Origin: Candidatus Brocadiaceae bacterium
Lineage (GTDB): Bacteria; Planctomycetota; Brocadiia; SM23-32
DNA: 51,069 nt
Assembly (NCBI GenBank): GCA_003551305.1
Contig: PUMJ01000001.1
Location: 1 to 51,069, forward strand
Direction of reading: 5' to 3'
Position 1 is the first letter of the stretch; each line of letters opens with the position of its first letter. Below, in pieces: positions 21,503 to 29,560 of this stretch. The position numbers were made by a program, and so were the translations under genes. Under the pieces are notes generated by a model. The model was not told the origin of the DNA, did not search any database, and was given only the letters and a program-made list of their open reading frames with translations.

Positions 21503-22039
21503 TTATGTGCCCGCCCAGCTGGCGGTCAGCGTCTGTGTGGCGGTGTAGGTGCCGGCATCACCGAGGGTGCCGGCCACGTTGGATGCGCGAACCTGAAGGG
21601 TCACGTCCACGGCGCCGTCACCGGCGACATGCGTAACGGCCGACCCGCCGCTGAGAAATGAGCTATAGACCGTGTAGGCCACGTCAGCGCCACCAGTGGC
21701 GCTGTCACCGTCGCCGTCGTACTTCAGCCCGTACTCGGTGTAAAGCGTCACTCCGCCGGGCTCGGCCAGTTCAGCCGTGTCGGAATTGTTGGCTGTGATG
21801 GTGACGTCACCGTTGGTAAACAGGGTCACCGTCGAACTGCCGCTCACCACATCTGCCTGGGCAGTGATGGTGCCCAGGTCTATGGCGGAGAAATTGCTCT
21901 CCCACTCCATGATCTCGGCGACAGCGACCTCGATGTTGCAGGTGGCTGAGTCGTCCGAGGGTTGGGCGCTCGCCACGTGAGCAACGCCGACGATGCACAC
22001 GACAAGAGTGACGGTGAGACCGACACGTGAGACGGACAT
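21503..22039 (-). CDS. Secreted pilin-like protein (putative major subunit)
   Basis: Sec signal 'ASA|Q', alternating-hydrophobic N-terminal segment 'ATCNIEVAVAEI', beta-rich S/T/G/A composition, C-terminal 'AGTYTATQTLTASW' resembling the GxY last strand of Ig-fold pilins. RBS GAAGGGAG. Confidence 0.75.
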   Translation of the reverse strand: MSVSRVGLTVTLVVCIVGVAHVASAQPSDDSATCNIEVAVAEIMEWESNFSAIDLGTITAQADVVSGSSTVTLFTNGDVTITANNSDTAELAEPGGVTLYTEYGLKYDGDGDSATGGADVAYTVYSSFLSGGSAVTHVAGDGAVDVTLQVRASNVAGTLGDAGTYTATQTLTASWAGT

Positions 22040-22181
22040 GACTGACTCCCTTCACAGCTATGGTTATGCGAGGGCGTGCATCAACCCCGCGCACTGTCCT
22101 ATGGGCGGACCGCGTGTTTTGGGCCGCAAACCGAAAAGAACTGACCCGGGCGGTCCGAATCAACCGACGTGTGCAAGCTGA

Positions 22182-22197
22182 AGCAAGAGCCATGCCG
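22182..22197 (-). promoter_or_regulatory. Sigma54 (-24/-12) promoter of the pilin-chaperone-secretin operon
   Basis: Minus strand CGGCATGgctcTTGCT, the same CGGCATG-N4-TTGC core as 11767-11782, about 140 nt upstream of the first ATG. Confidence 0.7.
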
Positions 22198-22684
22198 CAG
22201 CAAGATCTTTATGTCAGGATATGGTTCGGCCGGACGGATGCCGCGAATTACCGGTGGGCTTCTCCGGGCGTTATTCGGGCTCTTGAGGCCTTTTCAGCGC
22301 CCTTTCGGCCCGGCGGCGAAAGCATTTGCTGGGGGTAGATGCACAAGAAAGACAACCGCCGGGAAAGCGCAAGATCAGGGTGCGCCCAATTATGCGACAC
22401 CCCGGATGGTTACGTCATCGAGGCTGCCAATCCCCGGTCGTGGTGTCCAAACAAGCCAGCCTTGCCCGGCGCACAGAGGACACGAAGCTCGTGCGTAGTG
22501 ACACAGGTGAGGAGGGTCACGACCGCCCGGTACCTACCCGGAAGATGGGGCCGGCACGGGAAGCAGGGAGGCGTCCCGCGGGCGCGGGGTGCCTGGGGGC
22601 GCCGGATGAACCGGGAGGCGGCCGCGGAGGCATAGTCCGGAACCGCCGAGGCGGGAAGATGCCGGGATGATGGCAACGGCCAGC

Positions 22685-22903
22685 TCAATCGCTGGAAAGC
22701 GACTCGAGCCGCTGCCGCTCCTGCATGATCTCCAGCATCACTGCGTTCTGCAGGTAGATGCCGACCAGTGCATTGGATATCGCCTGCAGATAGCGTATCT
22801 GCCGCGTTTCGTGCTCTTCGCGGAATTCGGCGTCAGACATGAATCCACGGGCGTTCTCAAGCCTTTGATAGGCTTCTGCCAGTCGTTCGTCTTGTTCTGC
22901 CAT
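22685..22903 (-). CDS. Small helical hypothetical protein (72 aa)
   Basis: ATG-started ORF with protein-like composition, 33 nt downstream of the phosphoesterase on the same strand. Confidence 0.6.
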   Translation of the reverse strand: MAEQDERLAEAYQRLENARGFMSDAEFREEHETRQIRYLQAISNALVGIYLQNAVMLEIMQERQRLESLSSD

Positions 22904-22936
22904 TGTCTCTCGCTCGGCTCCCGGGATGAAAAGGGG

Positions 22937-23707
22937 CTACAACCCGACAGTGAGCCGCTCGCCCAGCGTGTCGGGTAGCTCGGGTTCGTCTTTGATCTTC
23001 TGAATCGTCGTGCCGATATCATACGGGACGCGCAGGATGCTCGCCACTTTGCTGACGATACGAAAACTGAGATCCTCATCCTGGATATACCTGAACTTGA
23101 ACCTGACCAAATCAAGGATGGCATAACTTGCCATCCAGTTCCTGTCCCGCGGCTGGCCGACACTGCCGGGGTTCATCACGCGCGCCGTGCGCATCGGCAA
23201 ATGGCTGTGGCCAACGACCAGCATACGGCCGCCGACCTGCTCTGTCAGGGCGGCCGTCGCCTGGCCCGGCAACACATAATCGTTGAGCATCTGCTCGGGC
23301 GTGCCGGGGCAGCCGTGGACGATCGTCAGGCCCTCGACTTCCAGCTTCAGGGGCAGTTCCCGCAGCCACTGCTTGTTTTGGCCGGTCAGAACCCGGTTGG
23401 TCCAGCGGGATGATGCCTTGGCCACGGTATTTTTCCCTTCGAAAATGCGCCGGCACAACTCCCGCTGCTCATCGGGGAACTGCTCATCGCCCGAGTCCAG
23501 GCGGTCGATGTTGGCGCAGGCGAAGTCGTGATTGCCCATAACGGCGGGCACCCCCCGGCTGCGTAGCAACTCACAGCACTCATTGGGATTCGGCCCGTAG
23601 CCGACCACGTCCCCGGCGCAATAGACGTCACAGTCCGAATCCATGTGCTTGAACACCGCCTGCAGGGCTTCGAGGTTTCCGTGGATATCGGATATGATCG
23701 CTATCAT
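22937..23707 (-). CDS. Metallophosphoesterase (calcineurin-like)
   Basis: 'SDIHGN', 'GDVVGYGP', 'GNHD', 'VHG', 'GHSH', 'NPGSVGQPRD'. Confidence 0.92.
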   Translation of the reverse strand: MIAIISDIHGNLEALQAVFKHMDSDCDVYCAGDVVGYGPNPNECCELLRSRGVPAVMGNHDFACANIDRLDSGDEQFPDEQRELCRRIFEGKNTVAKASSRWTNRVLTGQNKQWLRELPLKLEVEGLTIVHGCPGTPEQMLNDYVLPGQATAALTEQVGGRMLVVGHSHLPMRTARVMNPGSVGQPRDRNWMASYAILDLVRFKFRYIQDEDLSFRIVSKVASILRVPYDIGTTIQKIKDEPELPDTLGERLTVGL

Positions 23708-23923
23708 ACTAGGGGCAATCCGCGTTCCAGGGAGCGCCGGGAAACGGCATTATGTTAGCAGAATCCCGGCCGTCACTGCAACCCTGGAGGCGGGCTGGCG
23801 CAGTGCATCTGGATCGATTCTAAGCCGATGCCCTTGGGCTCATCACCGCCGGATCATCGCCCACTGAGGACATGTCGCAGGGTCGGCGCGGCTCAGTGCA
23901 GGAATCAACCATGGGGAGCTATC

Positions 23924-24598
23924 TCAGCCCCGCCGGGCTTTCTGGATGAGTTTGAGAACATGCTCGACGTTGTCCCGCACCCTGCCGTACTGTTCGGCGG
24001 CGACCCATTCTTTGCGAATGAGGCGGCTTCCCATACCGAGGCAGGCCGCCCCGGCCTGGATCCAGCCGTTGACGCTCTCGGCCGTGGCATCCACCCCGCC
24101 CGTGGGCATGATCCGGACCCAGGGCATGGGGCCGAGAACAGACTTGACGAACTTTGGGCCGCCGACCTGGGAGCCGGGGAAGACCTTGACGATCTCCACG
24201 CCCAGTTCCTCGGCCTCTGAGATCTCGCTGGCGCTCCCGCAGCCGGGGGAATAGGCGATGTGACGCCGGTTGCAGAGCCGCCCTATCTCCGCGTTCAGGA
24301 CGGGGCCGACGACGAAATTCGCGCCGCTGTTCACGTAAAGGGCGGCCGTCGGCATGTCTATGACCGAACCGACCCCGAGGATCATCTCCGGGTGTGCCTC
24401 TGCGGCCCAGGCGGCTAGGTCGCTGAAGACCTGCCAGGCGCGGTCGCCGCGGTTGGTGAACTCGAGGATGCGTGAACCACCCCCGGCGACGGCTGTCAAC
24501 ACCTCTTTGGCCACCTCGAGGTCAGCGTTGTAGAAGACCGGCACGAGGCCGGACCGGAGCATCTCGTTCAGAACGGTCAGCCTGTCGAATCGGGCCAT
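23924..24598 (-). CDS. eda: KDPG/KHG aldolase
   Basis: 'LEFTNRG', 'GVGSV', 'GANFVVGP', 'VKVFPG', 'MPTGGV'. Start at ATG 24598 after GGAGGAG. Confidence 0.9.
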   Translation of the reverse strand: MARFDRLTVLNEMLRSGLVPVFYNADLEVAKEVLTAVAGGGSRILEFTNRGDRAWQVFSDLAAWAAEAHPEMILGVGSVIDMPTAALYVNSGANFVVGPVLNAEIGRLCNRRHIAYSPGCGSASEISEAEELGVEIVKVFPGSQVGGPKFVKSVLGPMPWVRIMPTGGVDATAESVNGWIQAGAACLGMGSRLIRKEWVAAEQYGRVRDNVEHVLKLIQKARRG

Positions 24599-24636
24599 GG
24601 AAGACTCCTCCACCCGGCGGATGGGCACCGGATGTC

Positions 24637-26706
24637 TCAACCATAGGTGTCGTGCGGGCGGGGGTCGTCGCCGTTCCTGCCGCGGAACAGGCTGCCCTTC
24701 CGGAACTCCGCCCACGTATTCTCGAACCAGTATTCGGCCTGCGGTAGCGGTCGGGGCCTGACGACCTGCAGGCCGAACTCGTCCGCCTCGGGGTCATAGC
24801 CCACGCTCAGGATCTCGTCGCGCAGGTCCTCGTTCTCGGGCCGGAACCGCCACTCGTCGCCGAGGTCCGGATGCGGCAGGATGCCGCCCGGCTCGGCCAC
24901 CAGGTGCGAGCCGCGGGAACCCTCCCCCCGCTCGATGAGCCCGAGCATGGCCTCCAGGAATGCCCTCTGGGCCAGGGCGAGTTCGCGCACCTGCACGGCG
25001 CAGAGATAGCCGTCCTCTGACTGGACGAGGCCGGCCTCGGTGATGCGCGCCCACTGCTCCTCGGCCTCTGAGAGCGCCTGACGCAGGCCATCGGCGGAGC
25101 GCACCATGCCCGCGCGGGCGCTCATGCGGTGTTGAATGCTTCGCTTGACCTCGGCGTTGTCCAGGGCGCCGTCGGGGCGCTCCTTCACGTGGCCCACGAG
25201 CCGCGCGAACCGGCGCACGACGGGCGCGGCGGCTTCGCGAAACTCTTCGAGCGGGTCGGCATCGCCGTAGTAGACGTGCGCTATGCGCTGGGCGGCGCGC
25301 AGGCCGCCGACCTGCCCCGCGTTCAGGGCGGAGCCGCCCGGCCGTTTCACGCCATGAGTGCCCGCCAGTTCGCCGATCACGAACAGGTTAGCGATGCCGG
25401 ACTCCCACCAGCGGTCCACGGCGAAGCCACCGTTACAGTGCTGGCAACAGACGCCGACCTCCAGCGGTTCCTGCCACAGGTTCACGCCCATCTGGTGGTA
25501 GAGGTCAATGCTGGGCTGGTTCATGTGGGCGAGCCGTTCGATGGGCCTGACCTGGTTGGCGCCGGACTTCTCCAGGTAAGTGCGCGCCTCATCGCCGAGG
25601 TCTTCCAGGCGGAACGGCTCCATTCCGTCCGTCGGCACCGGGTTGCGCAGGAAGTCCATGAACACGCGGCGTCCCTTGCCGACCATCTCCTCCTGCACCA
25701 GCACGTCAATGAGCGAGGAGCCGGGCAGTTTCTGCGGGTCGAACGGCCATTGGTAGCCCTTCAGGAAGATGCTGGTGGCCATCTGGCCCATCGAGTCGAA
25801 CCAGGGGTTCAGGAACTCCTGCACGTCCCCCCCGTCGGCATCGGTGCTGTAGTAGCGCGGGATGACCTGCTGGTATGTGCCGGACAGGTTCCAGCGCGGC
25901 TGCAGGGACGCCAGGCCGAACTGCAGTTCGGTCAGGTTCTCGGCGCTGGCGCCGGCCTCCAGCAATGCGGCGTACGGGCCCATCTGCCCTTTGGGATACA
26001 CCGAGATATCGTAGAGTTCACCCGGCCCTCCCCCGGCCACCACCAGGTTTCGGCAGTTGAAGAGGGTGAGCCCGTGGTTCTGGCGGTCTCCCTGGGCCGC
26101 GATGTCGGTGCACAGGGCGCCGCAGGCGCGTTTCCTGGCGCCCGCGCCGGTGGTAATGACGGCCAGCAGGTGGTAGCCGCCCATGATGCGCACCCCGTAG
26201 CGTTTCAGCTGGGCCAGAAGCTTTTGCACCATGAAGCGGCTGGTCCACGGGCCGGCCGAGGTGGCGCGCTGGCTCGGGTCGTGGTCGGTCTTGTAGCCGA
26301 CGTACTCGCCGCGTTCGTTGTGCGGGAAGGGGACGCCCGCCTCCACCAGGTGGAAGAACCCGCGCATGGAATTGACCGCTTCGATGAGGGCCAGGTCGCC
26401 ATGGGCGCAGCCGGCTGCCGTCAGAGTGCGGGCGAACTCGACGGCCGCGTCGCCCTCCACCGCATCAAGGCCGAGCTTGTAGTAGGTCTGTTTATCGGAA
26501 CCCGAGTTGTGAGAAGTGCCGGTGCCGATGCCGTGCGTGATGACAGCGACCTGCTCAGCGGGGTTGCGCACCCCGCACTCCTCCAGTTCGCGAAAAAGCC
26601 GCGCGGCGCAGTTCAGCCCTGCCGCCCCGCTGCCCACTACCACGGTGTTGAGCATATGAACGGGGACGCTCATGCCGTCCAGTTCGAGTTCACCTTGCTG
26701 TGTCAT
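24637..26706 (-). CDS. FAD-dependent oxidoreductase, SdhA/FrdA/NadB flavoprotein fold, function unknown
   Basis: 'VVVGSGAAG', 'QHCNGG', 'LFVIGE..GTHG..RPGGSAL'. No Fe-S or membrane-anchor partner genes nearby. Confidence 0.82.
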   Translation of the reverse strand: MTQQGELELDGMSVPVHMLNTVVVGSGAAGLNCAARLFRELEECGVRNPAEQVAVITHGIGTGTSHNSGSDKQTYYKLGLDAVEGDAAVEFARTLTAAGCAHGDLALIEAVNSMRGFFHLVEAGVPFPHNERGEYVGYKTDHDPSQRATSAGPWTSRFMVQKLLAQLKRYGVRIMGGYHLLAVITTGAGARKRACGALCTDIAAQGDRQNHGLTLFNCRNLVVAGGGPGELYDISVYPKGQMGPYAALLEAGASAENLTELQFGLASLQPRWNLSGTYQQVIPRYYSTDADGGDVQEFLNPWFDSMGQMATSIFLKGYQWPFDPQKLPGSSLIDVLVQEEMVGKGRRVFMDFLRNPVPTDGMEPFRLEDLGDEARTYLEKSGANQVRPIERLAHMNQPSIDLYHQMGVNLWQEPLEVGVCCQHCNGGFAVDRWWESGIANLFVIGELAGTHGVKRPGGSALNAGQVGGLRAAQRIAHVYYGDADPLEEFREAAAPVVRRFARLVGHVKERPDGALDNAEVKRSIQHRMSARAGMVRSADGLRQALSEAEEQWARITEAGLVQSEDGYLCAVQVRELALAQRAFLEAMLGLIERGEGSRGSHLVAEPGGILPHPDLGDEWRFRPENEDLRDEILSVGYDPEADEFGLQVVRPRPLPQAEYWFENTWAEFRKGSLFRGRNGDDPRPHDTYG

Positions 26707-26719
26707 CGCTTGTCGCCTC

Positions 26720-27517
26720 TCAGAGCCTTCTGATTCCGAAGCCGCCGCCGACCTCGATGGCCTGGCCGGTCGAGTAGTCCAGGTCCCCCCGTCCGATGGC
26801 CGAAACCACCCGGGCGACGTCCTCAGGCCGGCCCCAGCGCTTCAGGGGCAGCAGCCCTTCGGCGATCAGCTTGTCGTATTTCCCTTTCACCACGCTGGTC
26901 ATCGGGGTCAGGATGATGCCGGGGCGGACTTCCAGCACGGGAATGCCGTACTCCGCCAGCCGGTCCGCATACAGTTTGACCGCCATGCTGACGCCGGCCT
27001 TGGAGACGCAATATTCGCCGCGGGAGGGGGACGACGTGTATGCCGAGATGGAGCTTATGAACACGATGCGCGGCGTGCCGACCGTCCCGTCCTCCTGCCA
27101 CTGCACCATCCGGCGGGCTGCACGCTGTGTGAGAAAGTACGGGCCCTTCAGGTTTATGCTCATCACGCGGTCGTAGCTCTCCTCGGTGGCCTCCAGGATG
27201 TCCATGCGCTCTTTGGGAGCCACCCCCGCATTGTTGACCAGCAGGTCGAGCCGGGCGAACTCCCCGGCGACGTACTCCACCATTGCCTCCCGGTCACGGG
27301 GCGAGGAGATGTCGGCTTTGAAGACCACCGCCCGGCCGCCGGCCTGCTCGATGGTGCGCTTGACCTCATAGGCGCCCGATGCGGTGTCTTGCGGATCGGC
27401 CACGACGTCGTTGACGACCACGGTGTAGCCGTCCCGCGCCAGTTGCATGGCGATTCCGCGTCCTATGCCCTGGCCGGCCCCCGTCACCAGCGCCACGCAT
27501 TCTTCCGGCTCGCTCAT
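26720..27517 (-). CDS. Short-chain dehydrogenase/reductase
   Basis: 'TGAGQGIG', 'NNAG', 'YCVSK' (YxxxK), 'RPG'. Start at ATG 27517. Confidence 0.92.
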   Translation of the reverse strand: MSEPEECVALVTGAGQGIGRGIAMQLARDGYTVVVNDVVADPQDTASGAYEVKRTIEQAGGRAVVFKADISSPRDREAMVEYVAGEFARLDLLVNNAGVAPKERMDILEATEESYDRVMSINLKGPYFLTQRAARRMVQWQEDGTVGTPRIVFISSISAYTSSPSRGEYCVSKAGVSMAVKLYADRLAEYGIPVLEVRPGIILTPMTSVVKGKYDKLIAEGLLPLKRWGRPEDVARVVSAIGRGDLDYSTGQAIEVGGGFGIRRL

Positions 27518-27577
27518 GTCGTTGGTCCTTTCGGTCGAGAAATCTGCGGCCCCCGGTCGGCACTGCACGCAACGCCC

Positions 27578-27606
27578 AATGTAAGAGCCCTGCCGCGGCG
27601 GGTCAA
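27578..27606 (-). promoter_or_regulatory. Sigma70 promoter of the SDR-FAD-eda operon
   Basis: Minus strand TTGACC-N17-TACATT. Confidence 0.55.
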
Positions 27607-27828
27607 GCAGAGATGCCAAACGGCTCCTTGACGGTCGCCGTTTTCGGCGCCTTTGCCCGATTCGCTTGCATTCAGGCGGCCAGACGGTATTACAAGCAGC
27701 CTGAGCAACCGGGCCGATCGCGGCTGACCGTTGACCGGGGAGTCGCCCTTCGACAAGAATACCGCGTTTCGGCGCTTTCCCGCCGATGGCCGTTCTAACT
27801 TGCCCCTGACCGAACTGAGGAGCAGACC

Positions 27829-29457
27829 GTGAGCATTCCGAAATCCCTTGCCCTGACGACGGTATTGACAGCGTGCCTGCTGTGCGCCGGCTGCCGCGCC
27901 CACGGCGGCGTTCCTCATGACCACCGCTCCGGGAACTCGCCGGGGCCCGGCGCTGAAGTCCGGAGGGAACCCTCTTCACTGACACCGCAGCGGCAGACGA
28001 TAGAGGCCGACAGGTCGCTCGAACCCGCCAGACGTTTCTCGGGCGAAGACATTGCTGTTCCCGCCGAACTCACCCTGGAGCAGGCGTTCCTCATGGCGCT
28101 TCAGGCCAACAAGGAGGTGGCCGTGACTTCTGTACGGGTCGGGCAAGACGAGCATCGCATCACCCGGGCCAGGGGCGAGTTTGACCCCACCATCTTCGCC
28201 GAAGCCGTCCGGGGTCGTTCGGAACTCCCTGAAGCCGGCGTGCCCCTCGGCCGGGAGGAAAGCGCCGTCGGCGCCGGGGTTGCGGGCATCCGCAAGCGTT
28301 TTCTGCCCGGCACCGAGGTCGAGCTGTCCGCCACCACGGACTACGAGCGCCGCCTCAGCGGGCCGAGCGTCCTGAACCCACAGTACGACACGGGGGCGCG
28401 CGTGAGCGTCGAGCAGGACTTGCTGCGGGGCTTCGGCGTGGGGGTCAACCGGACGGAGATTGCGGTGGCGCAGAATGACTGGCGCACATCGAAGGAAAGG
28501 CTGCGCAGCAGCACTATCGAGACCCTCTTCGAGGTGGAGCGGGTTTACTGGGACCTCTACTTCGCACGCACGGACCTGCAGGTGCGCGAGAAACAGCTTG
28601 AGCGCGCCCTGACGCTGGTCGAACGGGCCCGCGCTTACGTTGACGTGGGGTTCGCGCCGCCGCTTGACATCACGCGGGCCGAATCCAGCGCCGCCTCCCA
28701 GCGCGTGGCCATCATACAAGCCCGGAACCGTGTACAGACTCTGCGTCACCAGTTGCTCCGCCTGCTCGGCGTCTCGCGGCCCGAGGACTACACGGAGGAA
28801 CTGGCGCTGACCGACGAGCCTTCAGTGATTCCCTTCGAGCAGTCCCTCCAGCAGGCCCTCCGCCTGGCCAAAGAGCATCGGCCCGAGTTGCAGCAAGCCC
28901 ACTTGAGCATCGAGAGCGCCGAGTTGCTGGAGCAGTTTCACGCCAACCGGCGCCTGCCGCGCCTCAGCCTGTTCGGCCAGTACAGCCTGGCCGGGCTGGA
29001 CGACGGGTTCCGCCCCAGCGCGGACCAGGTCAGCGACGGCGACCACGCAAGCTGGCTTGTGGGGTTGCGTTTCGAGCTGCCGATACCCAATCGCACCGCC
29101 CGGTCGGACTACCAGGTGGCGCGGCTGGAGTCCCGCGCACTACGGCTGGAGCGGGACGCCGTCCTGGAGCGGATCACGCGCGAAGTGGCCGACGCCCTGA
29201 CCAACCTGCAGGCGGCGGCGGGACGCGTGGACACCTCCGAAGAGGCGCGCCGGTTGGCCGAGCAGCTGCTGGAGGCGGAGGAGAAGAGCTTCAGCCTGGG
29301 GCGCTCCAACAGCCTGGATGTGCTCAGCGCCCAGGCCGCGCTCGCAACGGCGGAGCGGGACGAGGTCCGCGCACGGGCGGACTACGCCACCGCCCTGGCC
29401 AACCTGCTGCGCGCGAAGGGAACTCTGCTCGGAGTCAAAGGCGTCCGCATGGAGTGA
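27829..29457 (+). CDS. TolC family outer-membrane efflux protein (possible lipoprotein)
   Basis: 'LTLEQAF..AL..N', 'YWDL', 'RPEL', 'LP.LSL', 'G.SNSLDVL.AQ' repeats. Signal ends '..LCAGC'; GAGGAG precedes the GTG. Confidence 0.88.
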   Translation: MSIPKSLALTTVLTACLLCAGCRAHGGVPHDHRSGNSPGPGAEVRREPSSLTPQRQTIEADRSLEPARRFSGEDIAVPAELTLEQAFLMALQANKEVAVTSVRVGQDEHRITRARGEFDPTIFAEAVRGRSELPEAGVPLGREESAVGAGVAGIRKRFLPGTEVELSATTDYERRLSGPSVLNPQYDTGARVSVEQDLLRGFGVGVNRTEIAVAQNDWRTSKERLRSSTIETLFEVERVYWDLYFARTDLQVREKQLERALTLVERARAYVDVGFAPPLDITRAESSAASQRVAIIQARNRVQTLRHQLLRLLGVSRPEDYTEELALTDEPSVIPFEQSLQQALRLAKEHRPELQQAHLSIESAELLEQFHANRRLPRLSLFGQYSLAGLDDGFRPSADQVSDGDHASWLVGLRFELPIPNRTARSDYQVARLESRALRLERDAVLERITREVADALTNLQAAAGRVDTSEEARRLAEQLLEAEEKSFSLGRSNSLDVLSAQAALATAERDEVRARADYATALANLLRAKGTLLGVKGVRME

Positions 29458-29560
29458 ACCAACCCCGGCCACGCCCTGAAGCCCGGGATATGCCCCGCAC
29501 CACCGCCCCTGCGGCCATGCCGTCGTATTTCACTCGCTCCCTCGACCGTGCCGCACGCCT

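Noticed and set aside
22040-22180. c-di-GMP or other riboswitch in the pilin leader
   Set aside because: Only one short stem is visible and I could not match a known aptamer consensus. An Rfam/Infernal search would be decisive.
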